From: Candidatus Binatia bacterium | GTDB taxonomy: Bacteria; Desulfobacterota; Binatia; Bin18 | Direction: 5' to 3' | Length of the DNA stretch: 64,000 nucleotides | NCBI GenBank assembly: GCA_963666315.2 | Contig: CAXXHG010000007.1 | Coordinates: forward strand, 1-64,000 | In this document: piece after piece, positions 22,386-33,061 of the stretch | Numbering within the stretch: the first letter of the stretch is position 1 | Layout of the letters: each line of letters begins with the position of its first letter | The notes under the pieces: model-generated | Told to the model about the DNA's origin: nothing | Database searches by the model: none | The model's input: the letters and a program-made list of their open reading frames with translations, nothing else | Made by a program: the position numbers and the translations under genes

Positions 22386-23788
22386 CTATCGGTTGGAGAC
22401 AAACATATATACGCGGCCCGCAGCCGGTTTGCCCATAATGTGCTGGCCCGGCGTACCAAAGACAAACTCCGGGGTTCGATCGTCATTGATATCCCCCGGC
22501 GAAGCAAACGTATACCCAAACATCGAACCCTGGTGGGGGTGGGGATTGTCAAAGGTAGTCAAATGCCGTCCGTCTCGGCCATTATACAAAAAGACCTCGC
22601 CTTGGACGTGATACTCATCAACAGTTTGAAATGGTGCGCCGACCAGGATTTCAGGTATCTCATCCGCATTGGTATCTACGGTTGCTGAGACTATCAAGCC
22701 AAATCCCGCATACGGTCGCGGCACCGGATCGTGTAAGGTCATGAGCAGTGAGCCGTCTTTCCCACTGAAGGCAAAGGCCACCCCCTGTGCAGCCTGGCTG
22801 CCGACATCCTGATACGGCCCCCAACGAGCAAATCGGGGATGTTGTCTTTATTGAGATCTCCGGCTGATGTGACGTGCAAGCCGAATGCCGCACCTGCCTG
22901 GGGCAGGGGGTTATCGATGACGGACAGCAAACCGCCGTTTTTGCCGCTAAAAATGTAGACGCGGCCTTGAACGGTCCTTCCCTCGACTGTGGAGTAGGGT
23001 GCGCCGACCACAATATCCGGGATGCCGTCTTGATTGAGATCGCCGCCGGTGGAGTCAACCACCCAGCAAAATCCTGCTGCGCCGGAAACCGGCGGTGGAG
23101 CAAGGGTCCGGAGCATGGTTCCGTCTCTGCCGTTGAACACAAAGGCTCGGCCTTCGCCGGCTTGACCGTGGGCGCCGACAATGAGTTCGGGCATGGCGTC
23201 CCCGGTCAGATCGCCAACCGACGCAACGGACCAACCGAATCCTGCCCCGGCGCGGAGTTGGGGAGCTTCGAGGGAATACAATAAGTGCCCATCGTGACTA
23301 CTAAAGACAAAGGCTTGTCCATTTCCGACGCGTTTCCTCATCCCGTGCTCGCCACATTGCTCATCTTTCCAGCCAAAAACTATGGATTCGGCACTATCCG
23401 CCTCGCCTTGGCCAAAGGCTCCGACAACGATATCCGGGATCCCGTCCTGATCGATATCGCCCGCTGCAGCACCAGAAAATCCGAATGCTGCGTCTGCCTG
23501 GGGATGGGGGTTGTCAAATTCTAGCAGGAGCTTACCGTTCTGGCCGTTGAACACAAAGGCTCGCCAATGGTGATCGTTACCGTCCCAGGCCTGATTGTAT
23601 GAACCCGCAACATAGTCGGGAATGCTGTCGTCATTCACATCCCCAATCGTCGCCAAAGCAGACGAGAAACCGGAAAAGAGTAACCTATTGGGGTTGTCCA
23701 TGATCCGAATATCAGGGCCCGGGAGAAACACTAGACTGATCAAAACACTGAAACAGAGAAACCGACCTGTATGAATACGTCGCTGCAT
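22386..23788 (-). pseudogene. FG-GAP/integrin-alpha repeat beta-propeller protein, split by a 1-nt frameshift near 22818
   Basis: Repeated FG..V...GD.N.DG.PD..VGA units across ORFs 22739..23902 and 22386..22781; one added base restores VGAPYQDVGSQAAQGVAFAFSG. Confidence 0.8.
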
Positions 23789-23922
23789 AACCGCTGTCCT
23801 TTGCATTATTATTTGACAGTATTGTTTGAATAGACCAATGAAGAGTAAGGGCTGGAGTAAGGCTTTTCTACCGACACTCCTCAAGAAGCGCTCGCAACTC
23901 ATATCTCAGCCCCTATGGGCTG

Positions 23923-24522
23923 TCAAACCATATTTTTCTTATCGGTTGCAAGGAGGTAGACTTCAGTTGAGCCCTTACGGGTGGCTTGCGGGCGGGAGGT
24001 TTTGACGTGGCCGAAAGCCGAGCGCAATTCAGCCACGAGAGGCTGATATTCGTCGTTCATAAAAGCTTTAAGCAAGAGGTTGCCACCCGTTTTGAGCAGG
24101 GCATGGGAGCAGGCGAGTGCCGTGCGGCACAGGGCTGTTGCGCGGGCTTCATCCGCCTCGCGCACGCCGCTCAGTTTTGGAGCCATATCGGACAAGATCG
24201 CGTCGGCGCGTTGTCCTAATAATGAAAGGAGCGATTGCTGTTGATTCGGATCTGTAGCGTCGCCTTGGACCAAAGTCACGTGGGCGAGGGGTAAGGGATC
24301 GAGCTTGACCAAGTCGATGCCGATCACTCGTCCGGTTTGCCCAACGATCTCGGCAGCCACCTGAACCCAGCCGCCCGGCCAGGAGCCGAGATCAATGACG
24401 CGGGCACCCGAGCGCAGAAAGTGCCAGGAGCGGTTGAGTTCAAGCAGCTTATACGCTGCGCGTGAACGATAGCCTTCCTTTTTAGCCTTTTTGTAGAAGG
24501 CGTCCTTACGATTATATGCCAC
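23923..24522 (-). CDS. rlmE: 23S rRNA U2552 2'-O-methyltransferase
   Basis: AKKEGYRSRAAYKL, DLG..PGGW, LSDMAP, P.A.R..S.E.Y. Confidence 0.94.
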   Translation of the reverse strand: MAYNRKDAFYKKAKKEGYRSRAAYKLLELNRSWHFLRSGARVIDLGSWPGGWVQVAAEIVGQTGRVIGIDLVKLDPLPLAHVTLVQGDATDPNQQQSLLSLLGQRADAILSDMAPKLSGVREADEARATALCRTALACSHALLKTGGNLLLKAFMNDEYQPLVAELRSAFGHVKTSRPQATRKGSTEVYLLATDKKNMV

Positions 24523-24549
24523 GAGCGCACTAAGAGTGTTCGGATATGC

Positions 24550-25320
24550 TTATTTCGGCGCCATGCGAATGGCGCCATCAAGCCGAATGGTTTCGCCGTT
24601 TAACATGGTGTTCTCGATAATCTGACAGGCCAGGGCGGCATACTCCGAAGGACGGCCTAACCGTTGCGGAAAGGGCACGCTGGCACCCAGCGCTTGACGC
24701 GCCGCTTCCGGCAGCCCCAGCAGCATCGGCGTCTCAAAGATTCCCGGCGCGATGGTGCAGCACCGAATGCCGTCACGAGACAGGTCCCGAGCGACCGGCA
24801 ACGTCAAGCCGACCACGCCGCCTTTTGAGGCAGCGTAGGCTGCCTGACCGATTTGCCCATCAAACGCGGCAACTGAGGCGGTGTTGACAATAACGCCGCG
24901 CTCGCCGTCGTCACCTGGCGCGTTTTTGGCCATGTGTGCGGCGACTAAACGAATAACATTAAACGTGCCGATGAGATTGACCTCGATCGTCTTGCGAAAC
25001 GGACCCAAGTCTAGCGGCAGGCTCCCCTTGCCGAGGGTCTTGCCTGCGGTGGCAATACCCGCACAATTGACCGTCACATGAATGGCCCCAAAGGTCTCGG
25101 CCGCCTGCGCGATGGCGGCTGCCAGCTGGTCGTCATTGGTCACGTCGGCTTCTACAAAAATCGCATTGGCGCCCAGTGCTTTGGTAACAGCGGCACCCCT
25201 GGATTTGCCCAAATCCAAAACGGCTACCTGCGCACCTTTGGCTGAAAGCATCTGCGCGGTTGCTTCGCCCAGGCCTGACCCCCCGCCAGTCACAACAGCG
25301 GCACTATTTTTAATATCCAT
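24550..25320 (-). CDS. SDR, 3-hydroxyacyl-CoA dehydrogenase type II-like
   Basis: [51 protein letters not shown]. Confidence 0.92.
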   Translation of the reverse strand: MDIKNSAAVVTGGGSGLGEATAQMLSAKGAQVAVLDLGKSRGAAVTKALGANAIFVEADVTNDDQLAAAIAQAAETFGAIHVTVNCAGIATAGKTLGKGSLPLDLGPFRKTIEVNLIGTFNVIRLVAAHMAKNAPGDDGERGVIVNTASVAAFDGQIGQAAYAASKGGVVGLTLPVARDLSRDGIRCCTIAPGIFETPMLLGLPEAARQALGASVPFPQRLGRPSEYAALACQIIENTMLNGETIRLDGAIRMAPK

Positions 25321-25354
25321 GTCTTTCCTCCATCATTAGCGTGATATTCTCTCC

Positions 25355-28300
25355 TTATGCCCGCCACGGCCGAATGTACCGTTGATATACTTTTGGCAGT
25401 TCCGTGGGAAGGGACGCCACGTCTTCAAGCACCATATACCGGGACGGCTCGCACATCTCGCGTAAATAGTCGTGGCCGGCTTTATCAACGGTGAGACAAA
25501 ATGTCAGTACTCCGGCCTGATCGGCCTCGCGCAGCGCCATCATGGTGTCTCGAATGCCATACGTGGTCGAGCGCCGGTCGGTGCCGTAATCCATATCTTG
25601 CGGAAAACCGTCACTTAGGAGCACTAAGAGTTTGACCCGACAGGCAATATTTTTGAGCTTTTCAAGCGAATGGCGGATGGCTGCGCCCATGCGGGTTGAG
25701 CGCTTGGGCTCAATCGCGCCAATCCGGCCCTTGATGGTCGGCGAGAGCGACTCGGTAAACGCTTTGATATGGTAGTATTCGACATTGTCCCGGCCTTGAC
25801 CGGAAAAGCCGTATACGGCGTAAGTATCGCCGATCTCTTCCAGGGCTTCGGTCATCAAGACCAGCGCCTCTTTGGTCACATCGATAATCCGGCGTGGCTT
25901 AGGCTGGGGTGCAGCGGGCCTTTTCTTCCATGCTGCCAGCCAGTCGTCGGTGTCGTCGTCACTATAGTGAGTTTCGAGAGGGACAATGGGTTCGTCGGTT
26001 GAGGCGCTCATATCGAGCAAAAACAACGCGGCTACGTCGCGTTCGGTTTGGCGCTTAGTCGTATACACCTTGGGCGAAGGCGCAAGCCGCGCACGGCGGT
26101 CACTCACAGCGGTAATCACGGCATTGAGGTCAAAGTCTTCCCCATCCTCAAGCCCACGTATGAGGCGATATTGCTCGGGCCGAATACGCTGAAACTCGGC
26201 TTTGATAGCGGGGGTCAGGGCAACATAGTCCTCCAGCGTCTGGGCAAAGAATTCGCCGGCGTCGCCACTAAGGGTTATTTCACGCAGCCGGCACCAACGC
26301 GAGCGGTAATCGGCAATGTTATAGTCCCATTCGTCATAGAAGAAGGTGAGCGCCTCTTCCCGATCGTGACGGCGTCGGCCACCGACCACGGTGCCATTCT
26401 CAGGCAGAAGAGTATCCGGGTCGGCTTGGGCGGGCAGCTTGCCCGCTAAATCGGTGATATAGAGCCCCTGCGGGGTGAGACTGTTCGGTTTACCTTGGCG
26501 GAGTTGGAGTTCTACACCGGCATCGATCAGGGCTTTCAGCTCTTCCGCCGAGAGAGGCGACCCACCGGAGTCGTCGTCGGCTTCAGGTTCGAGTGCTAAC
26601 TTGGCCAATTCCGGCGCATCCGGGGGTGGCGGGCTGTCGTCGTCCATATCCGGATCAATGAGTGCGTCGCCCGTCATTTTTTCAAACAGAGCAGCCTCAA
26701 ACGCGGCGGTGTCTTGGTCCTGGCGTTGCACCCTGACTAGTGAAGAAAGCATGCGCTCATACATTTCGGCCGCCCACTGGGCGGTGTCGTACACGGTGTC
26801 GTGCGCTTGTGTAGGGATGGCAAGCGTCGAAAAGACCGTGCGCAGTGCGTCGGGCAAGAGCGAGGGTAAAGACAACGTGTTCAGCCATTCGATATCACAC
26901 TGCAGCCCCCGGTATGCCCGTCCGACACGATGCGCTATCCGTTGCGTTTCCGTCAACAGAAAGAGGGCTTCCACAACATTGGGATGCGGAAAGCAACAGA
27001 AGAAATCGTACAATCCGCCGGACGGTTGCGTCTCGCCGTCTTTGCATGGCCTGAGTTGCCGGATCTGCTCAGATAGCTGGGGCCACAAGTGCTCAAGGCT
27101 GAAGGCGTAGGTGCCGAACTCCCGGCGACCTGCCTGCAGCATGGCCAAAGCACGAAACAGCCGAAAGTTTTCCTCATAGGTCGAAAAAAGGTCAATCCGG
27201 GCGGGCAGCGGAATCGCGTCTCCAAGCACCGGGAATTCTTCTAACGGCGGCGGATAGGAGAAAAATTCCTGGCGCTCGATGCCGGCAGCTAAGCCGGACA
27301 GCATCTGAATATATTTGCGCAGGACTTCTTGTATTTCCTCTAAATCAACGCTGGTAGCATCACGGCGTAGTACGCGCAGACTTGTGCGGGATTGGAGCGC
27401 GAAAAATGCGACGCCGGCCTCCGTGTTGTCTCGGCCAATATCCGCTCCTATAGTGATCCACTCTAAGAGACGTTGTTCTCCCGCCTCCTCAAACGCCCTG
27501 GGTAAGGTCCGAATCAGCGGCGGAATCCCCGGCGTAAAGTCCTGGGCGAGGGTAGCCAGCGCGTCGCGCAGGGCCGGGCGCTGTTCGATTTCAAGTGTTT
27601 TGACACACGGTGCAATGAGAGGAAAGAGCGCTGGTAGTACTTCCGGGTCAGCCCGAATGACGGGCGACAGCATGGAAAAAAGAAAAGTTTGCAGTAGTTT
27701 TGGAAACATCGCCACAACGGCCGGGAGTTGCACAAAGATAGCTTCAGCAGCCTGGGCCGAACGGCGTACGGCAGTCTGGCAGTCCAGCAATAAACCGAGA
27801 CGCATTTTGCCCGTCAACTCGGCAAAGCCGTTCGGCAGCGTCGCATAAAACTTCCATGGTCCGGAATCTTGAACCAAGACACCTAAGGCTGCCCATTCCT
27901 GCATTTCTTCCGGATGTAGTACCGACAGGGCTGTCGGAGCAGCTGAAAAATATGAGACCGCCAGAAATTCACCCTTCCAGCCCTTTTTATTCAGCAATGC
28001 GCTGCCCTGCACTGCCCAGGCGCGCAGACGCGGTGCCAGGGGCGGAGGCAAGGAGGAAAGCAAGGGCGCTGAGGTTTGTAAAAACTGAGAACCCAAACGG
28101 CGCGAGACCTGTAGGATCTCTCGCCCAATGGCGGCCCAGTCTTCGGCCTGATCGAGTCCCAGCCGGGCAAGATCGGGTGGCGGAATGGAAAAATATGCAG
28201 CCGCGCCATCGCGCGAAGTCGGCTCTTCACGCACCAATCGTCCGCCTATGTCCGCCCAACGAGAAAACGTTGCTACTCCAAAGACTTGCCAAGCTGTGGG

Positions 28301-28480
28301 TGCGTTGCGGCAAAAGACTTGGGCCAGAGTCAGTGAGGTTTCCGCCAGCTCATCTCCTGCAGCCAAAATGGTTGCACGCGCTAACTGTGGCAAGGCATCC
28401 AGTTCGGCCCGCAAGGCCAGGCCCTGGCCGTCACCCAACAAATGGTGCGTATCAAACCAGAGGTTCCGAATGGATGACAT
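25355..28480 (-). CDS. Large NorD/CbbO-like vWA domain protein
   Basis: YDEWDY...Y, EDGEDFDL, MIDAS LLDMSAST, TRMGAAIRH, LSDG.PQD. Confidence 0.85.
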   Translation of the reverse strand: MSSIRNLWFDTHHLLGDGQGLALRAELDALPQLARATILAAGDELAETSLTLAQVFCRNAPTAWQVFGVATFSRWADIGGRLVREEPTSRDGAAAYFSIPPPDLARLGLDQAEDWAAIGREILQVSRRLGSQFLQTSAPLLSSLPPPLAPRLRAWAVQGSALLNKKGWKGEFLAVSYFSAAPTALSVLHPEEMQEWAALGVLVQDSGPWKFYATLPNGFAELTGKMRLGLLLDCQTAVRRSAQAAEAIFVQLPAVVAMFPKLLQTFLFSMLSPVIRADPEVLPALFPLIAPCVKTLEIEQRPALRDALATLAQDFTPGIPPLIRTLPRAFEEAGEQRLLEWITIGADIGRDNTEAGVAFFALQSRTSLRVLRRDATSVDLEEIQEVLRKYIQMLSGLAAGIERQEFFSYPPPLEEFPVLGDAIPLPARIDLFSTYEENFRLFRALAMLQAGRREFGTYAFSLEHLWPQLSEQIRQLRPCKDGETQPSGGLYDFFCCFPHPNVVEALFLLTETQRIAHRVGRAYRGLQCDIEWLNTLSLPSLLPDALRTVFSTLAIPTQAHDTVYDTAQWAAEMYERMLSSLVRVQRQDQDTAAFEAALFEKMTGDALIDPDMDDDSPPPPDAPELAKLALEPEADDDSGGSPLSAEELKALIDAGVELQLRQGKPNSLTPQGLYITDLAGKLPAQADPDTLLPENGTVVGGRRRHDREEALTFFYDEWDYNIADYRSRWCRLREITLSGDAGEFFAQTLEDYVALTPAIKAEFQRIRPEQYRLIRGLEDGEDFDLNAVITAVSDRRARLAPSPKVYTTKRQTERDVAALFLLDMSASTDEPIVPLETHYSDDDTDDWLAAWKKRPAAPQPKPRRIIDVTKEALVLMTEALEEIGDTYAVYGFSGQGRDNVEYYHIKAFTESLSPTIKGRIGAIEPKRSTRMGAAIRHSLEKLKNIACRVKLLVLLSDGFPQDMDYGTDRRSTTYGIRDTMMALREADQAGVLTFCLTVDKAGHDYLREMCEPSRYMVLEDVASLPTELPKVYQRYIRPWRA

Positions 28481-28490
28481 GGAATGGCGA

Positions 28491-28598
28491 TTAGGGGTTA
28501 GGGATTAGGGGTTAGGGATTAGGGGGTAGGAATGGGTGGAAGAAGCATAGCAAGAAAAATAGTAAGACCCCAACCCCGATCCCCCAAGCCCTAGTCCC
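28491..28598. repeat. Heptamer tandem repeat TTAGGG(G/A) x5 with a degenerate complementary C-rich arm
   Basis: TTAGGGG TTAGGGA TTAGGGG TTAGGGA TTAGGGG at 28491-28525; ACCCCAACCCCGATCCCCCAAGCCCTAGTCCC at about 28567-28598. Confidence 0.85.
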
Positions 28599-28606
28599 GG
28601 AATTTT

Positions 28607-29521
28607 TTAGACGTAGGTCAGCCAATGAGTATACTTCGGGTCAGCACCCTTGATGACGGCCTCAAAACGCTCTTTGAGCGCCTGTGTTATTTTTCCAGGC
28701 GTCTCCCCTCGGATTTGACGGTCATCTACCTCACGGATCGGGGTGACCTCTGCCGCTGTGCCAGTAAAAAAGACCTCATCTGCGAGATAGACTTCGTCGC
28801 GTGTGATGCGATCTTCTTCTACAAGCATATCCATATCGTGTAAGAGGCTGATTGCCGTGTCGCGCGTGATGCCGGGCAGAAGCGAGGAGGAGAGCGGCGG
28901 AGTTTTTATTTTCCCTCTCCGGATAATAAAGATATTTTCGCCCGGACCTTCGGCCACATAGCCATCGGTGTCGAGCAGCAGCGCTTCATCATAACCGAGC
29001 GCCCAGACTTCCTGGCCGGCCAGGATGGAGTTGAGATAAGTACCGACCGCCTTGGCCTTCGTCATCAGCGAATTGACGTGGAAACGTTGAAAGGAGGACG
29101 TCTTGACCCGGATACCCTTGAGCAAACCTTCTTCGCCCAAATACGCGCCCCACGGCCATGAGGCAATCGCAACCCGAATGGGATTTGTCCGGGCGTGGAG
29201 GCCACGATCCCCTTCGCCCACAAAGACCAGAGGCCGGATATAGCATTCCTTGAGCTGATTGGTCCGGACGGTTTCCAGACACGCGTTCCGGATCTCGTCT
29301 TGTGAGAACGGAATCTTGAGATTCAGAATATGGGCAGAGTCGAACAGCCGTTCAATATGTTCGGTTAAACGGAAAACGGCCGACCGCCCATCTTGTCCGA
29401 CGTAGCAGCGGATGCCCTCAAATACACCTACGCCATAGTGGAGGGTATGGGTGAGGACGTGGACTTTTGCCTCGTCCCAGGGAACGAGTTCGCCGTCCAT
29501 CCAAATTTTGCCATTTTCCAC
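28607..29521 (-). CDS. ilvE: Branched-chain amino acid aminotransferase
   Basis: [38 protein letters not shown]. Confidence 0.95.
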   Translation of the reverse strand: MENGKIWMDGELVPWDEAKVHVLTHTLHYGVGVFEGIRCYVGQDGRSAVFRLTEHIERLFDSAHILNLKIPFSQDEIRNACLETVRTNQLKECYIRPLVFVGEGDRGLHARTNPIRVAIASWPWGAYLGEEGLLKGIRVKTSSFQRFHVNSLMTKAKAVGTYLNSILAGQEVWALGYDEALLLDTDGYVAEGPGENIFIIRRGKIKTPPLSSSLLPGITRDTAISLLHDMDMLVEEDRITRDEVYLADEVFFTGTAAEVTPIREVDDRQIRGETPGKITQALKERFEAVIKGADPKYTHWLTYV

Positions 29522-29710
29522 AGCAGCCTCCTTGCCAAAAGACGTTTCTGCAAATCAGAAGCCCTGAGGAAAGTCAACTAGTGGAACTCTCACTTGCATA
29601 GACTCTTTGTGTACACGGACCCTTCTCGGGTTTTCCTCACCCCTCCGTTCCCCGCAGTGTTGGGAAAAACTGTACGCATCCTTATTCTGCCCTGATGTCA
29701 AGAGAAAAAA

Positions 29711-30949
29711 CTAAAATGGAAAGTCCATGCTAATAAACTCTTCGCTGTCGAGCACGATAGCTGCGGCCGTCGTCCCTTTTTTAAGCACGGCAGCCTCGGT
29801 TGGGCCGATGACCAAGCTCTCACCAAGAGAGAGGGAACTCAGTACCCCCGAACTCTGGGTGCCCGTAGAATGGGCCTCATAGCCCGTACCGGTGTGAGTT
29901 AACCGGCAACGGACGAATTCGGTCAGACCCCGGGCCTTAGGAATGTCTTCCCCAATAGTAACCTGGACGATGGGGAAAAAGAGCTTGCGATGGCCGGCCA
30001 TGCGGCGTAGCGCCGGCCATGTGTACAGATAGAAGCAGACCAGGGCAGACACCGGATTGCCGGGTAGACCGAAATAGGGCCGATCGCGGAGTAAGCCGAA
30101 TGTCAGCGGCTTGCCCGGCTTTTGAGCGACCTTCCAAAACAAGCGCTGAATCCCGAGTTCATCCATGGCTGCTCTGACAAAATCAAATTCGCCGACAGAC
30201 ACCCCGCCTGTGGATAGCACGACATCGTGGCGTACGGTTTCCTCAAGCGCGGTCCGCGTTTCTTCGAGCGTATCGCGTGCAATAGCGAGGGGAACGGGAT
30301 AGCCGCCTGCCTCACGAACTGCTGCGGCCAATGTGTACGCGTTCGAGTTGACGATCTGACCCGGTTGCAGCGGCATGTCAACTTCGACCAGCTCGTTCCC
30401 AGTACTCAAGATGGCCACTCGCGGGCGCTGGTGCACGAGGACAAACCCCCGCCCGACCGAAGCCAGGAGGCCAATGTCTGCAGATCGCAGGACACGGCCT
30501 TGTTTGAGAATGAGCTGTCCACGCTGAATATCCTCGCCGCTCAGACGAATATTATTCCCGTGTGGACCCGACTGCTTGACGAACACCTGTCCGTCGCGTT
30601 CTTCGGTATCCTCGACCTTAATGACAGTGTCCGCCCCTGGTGGTAGGACTGCGCCGGTCATGATTTTGCTCGCTGTCTTTTTCTCAACGGTACGGGTTGG
30701 GACTGCGCCGGCTTGAATCACCTCTAAAACCGCCAAAGAAACCGGCTGGTCAGCCTGGGCGTGCTGTATGTCGTCATGGCGGACGGCATAGCCATCCATA
30801 GCCGAGTTGGTAAACGGGGGAACCTCGCGTTCCGAATGGACGTCTTCGGCCAGAACCCGTCCTGTCGCCTCAAGCAGGCTGATGCGTTCTCCGGCCAGAG
30901 GAGAGACCGTCTCTAAAACTGTTGCCAATGCGTCATGGACCGAAATCAT
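29711..30949 (-). CDS. moeA: Molybdopterin molybdenumtransferase
   Basis: PPFTNSAMDGYA, IMTGA, STGNEL, GGVSVG, KPGKP, GLPGNPVS. Confidence 0.95.
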   Translation of the reverse strand: MISVHDALATVLETVSPLAGERISLLEATGRVLAEDVHSEREVPPFTNSAMDGYAVRHDDIQHAQADQPVSLAVLEVIQAGAVPTRTVEKKTASKIMTGAVLPPGADTVIKVEDTEERDGQVFVKQSGPHGNNIRLSGEDIQRGQLILKQGRVLRSADIGLLASVGRGFVLVHQRPRVAILSTGNELVEVDMPLQPGQIVNSNAYTLAAAVREAGGYPVPLAIARDTLEETRTALEETVRHDVVLSTGGVSVGEFDFVRAAMDELGIQRLFWKVAQKPGKPLTFGLLRDRPYFGLPGNPVSALVCFYLYTWPALRRMAGHRKLFFPIVQVTIGEDIPKARGLTEFVRCRLTHTGTGYEAHSTGTQSSGVLSSLSLGESLVIGPTEAAVLKKGTTAAAIVLDSEEFISMDFPF

Positions 30950-30979
30950 ACGAGTATACTCCAGGAGTTCACTGCTGAG

Positions 30980-31504
30980 TCACGTGAACAGTTCTCCGGC
31001 TGAGACACGTTCCTGCAGGCGACGGTCTTTGTCGTGCGTTTTCTGTACGAGCGCTGCTTTAAATACCTGAAAACGATCCAGCAGTCCGGCATCGCCGGTT
31101 GCCAGGATTTGGATAGCCAGCAGACCAGCATTGCGCGCGCCATCTATGGCCACTGTGGCAACCGGAACTCCCGCCGGCATTTGGACGATGGAAAGCAACG
31201 AGTCTTGTCCACTGAGCGCCGCACTTTTGATGGGCACGCCAATAACCGGAAGGGGCGTATGAGCGGCTATAACGCCAGCCAGATGGGCGGCCCCACCTGC
31301 TCCGGCAATAATAACTTTCACCCCCCGCTCATGGGCTCGACTGGCATAGTCGGTGGTATCGTGTGGGCTGCGGTGGGCTGATAGGATCCGAATTTCACAC
31401 CCGATGTCAAATTCTTCGCAGACCTCGGCCGCTGTCTTCATGATGTCAAGGTCTGAGTCACTACCCATGACGATGCCGATGACAATGCCGACTTGAGGGG
31501 CCAT
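30980..31504 (-). CDS. purE: N5-CAIR mutase
   Basis: MGSDSD, SAHR.P, AGGAAHL.G, SIVQMP.GVPVATV. Confidence 0.96.
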   Translation of the reverse strand: MAPQVGIVIGIVMGSDSDLDIMKTAAEVCEEFDIGCEIRILSAHRSPHDTTDYASRAHERGVKVIIAGAGGAAHLAGVIAAHTPLPVIGVPIKSAALSGQDSLLSIVQMPAGVPVATVAIDGARNAGLLAIQILATGDAGLLDRFQVFKAALVQKTHDKDRRLQERVSAGELFT

Positions 31505-31549
31505 GTGATCTCCTTACTCTAGCGTATCTCTAGCGTATCTATTCCGTGT

Positions 31550-32971
31550 CTATGCCTGCTTATGCCTAGGGGGCTGCTCAACAAGAGATTCTACAATCTG
31601 CTCCAAATGGACGCCGCGTGATCCCTTGACGAGCATAAGTTGAGGACTTTCCGTTTGCAGTACAAGGGAAAGGACCATGGGTGTCGCAGCTTGCGCGTCA
31701 GGAAAGACGTGGACTGGAATGTTAGCCTGTGCAGCGCATTCCGCGAGTGGCTGCGCGTATTGACCTATTGTCACAACAGCGTCTGGTGGCGGGGTGAGCT
31801 TGGCCACATATGCGCCGATCTCTTGATGCCGCTGTTGGCTTATGTCACCCAACTCCAGCATATCACCTAGGACGAAGATGAGGCGTTCGTCCGCTGCCCG
31901 AATGGTGTGTGCGGTCAGGATAGCATGGTACATGGAGGCTGGATTGGCATTATAGAAGTCGTCGAGGACAGTGAGCTGGTGGGCCGGTACCTCCACGACC
32001 GCCAGCCGATGCGGGGCACCGTGCGCGGCTTGGAGGACGGTGCAGGCGGTGTCTAGGTCCAGACCAGTCTCTACTGCTGCAGCAATCGTGGCAAGCGCGG
32101 CCAGAACGAAATGACTACCGATGAGTCTCAGCTGTACAGGTCGAGGCTGACCACAAGTACAGAGTTGGAAACTCGTCCCTTGCCGTGTAACCTGAATATT
32201 TGACGCCCGGAAATGATTGTTCGCGTTTTCACCAAAGGTAACGATCCGACTGTGGGTTCGGCGGCGGACGGCTGTCAGCAAGGCCGGATCGTCTCCATTG
32301 ACTATGGCAATCCCAACTGCCGGGAGTGCGGCGATCAATTCGGTTTCTGCCGCCAAAACACCGTCGAGATCTTTCAGTGTCTCCGTATGCTCTTCTGCAA
32401 TAGTGGTAATGACGCCGATATGCGGCTGGGCAAAGCGACACAGGGTGGCGAGTTCCCCGGGTCTACTCGTTCCCATCTCCAAGATCAGGAAAACATCTTC
32501 CGGGCTGGCACGCAGGACGGTGAGCGGCAGTCCGATATGATTATTCAGATTGCCCTGGGTGGCCAAGGTTGGGCGCTGGTCGGTGAAGACCTGCGCCATG
32601 AACTCTTTGGTGGTTGTTTTGCCGTTGCTACCGGCAATGCCGATCACTGTGGCTGGCAGCTGTTGGCGGTACCAAGTCGCCAAGTCTTGGAGCGCAGTCA
32701 GGGGATCGTCGACGCTAATACCGACTGCCCCGTTGGGCGGCGCGATGCGCAAGTTCTTTGAAAACAAGAATCCCGCCGCACCGTGCTCAATGGCGGCTGA
32801 GATATGGGCATGTCCGTTGGTTCGTACGCCTGGAAGTGGGACGAACAGCGTATGTGGAGTGACCTGCCGAGAATCAATACAGACGGAGGTAAAGACCGTA
32901 TCCGGGCGACCCCACGTCAGGGTGCCCTTGGTTGCGGTGCAGATGTCCTGCGCACTTAGTTGAACTCCCAC
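31550..32971 (-). CDS. murF: UDP-MurNAc-tripeptide--D-Ala-D-Ala ligase
   Basis: DSR, GSNGKTTTKE, NLNNHIGLP.T, LEMG, DD.YNANP.SM, LGDMLELG, KGSRG. Confidence 0.88.
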   Translation of the reverse strand: MGVQLSAQDICTATKGTLTWGRPDTVFTSVCIDSRQVTPHTLFVPLPGVRTNGHAHISAAIEHGAAGFLFSKNLRIAPPNGAVGISVDDPLTALQDLATWYRQQLPATVIGIAGSNGKTTTKEFMAQVFTDQRPTLATQGNLNNHIGLPLTVLRASPEDVFLILEMGTSRPGELATLCRFAQPHIGVITTIAEEHTETLKDLDGVLAAETELIAALPAVGIAIVNGDDPALLTAVRRRTHSRIVTFGENANNHFRASNIQVTRQGTSFQLCTCGQPRPVQLRLIGSHFVLAALATIAAAVETGLDLDTACTVLQAAHGAPHRLAVVEVPAHQLTVLDDFYNANPASMYHAILTAHTIRAADERLIFVLGDMLELGDISQQRHQEIGAYVAKLTPPPDAVVTIGQYAQPLAECAAQANIPVHVFPDAQAATPMVLSLVLQTESPQLMLVKGSRGVHLEQIVESLVEQPPRHKQA

Positions 32972-33061
32972 GGTCCCAACTCTATCGAGGCTCTAGGCTG
33001 GTCGCAAGCGCTCACGCTACGCTCCATTGCTCCGCCCCGCGCTGCGTGTCACCATAACAAT

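Noticed and set aside
25355-28480. vWA protein as a CbbO Rubisco activase linked to the DAB operon
   Set aside because: No Rubisco, CbbQ or carboxysome gene in the window, and it lies about 19 kb away among housekeeping genes.
31518-31540. 11-bp direct duplication TCTAGCGTATC between murF and purE
   Set aside because: Only two copies, no match to the Pho heptamer; probably a slippage duplication.
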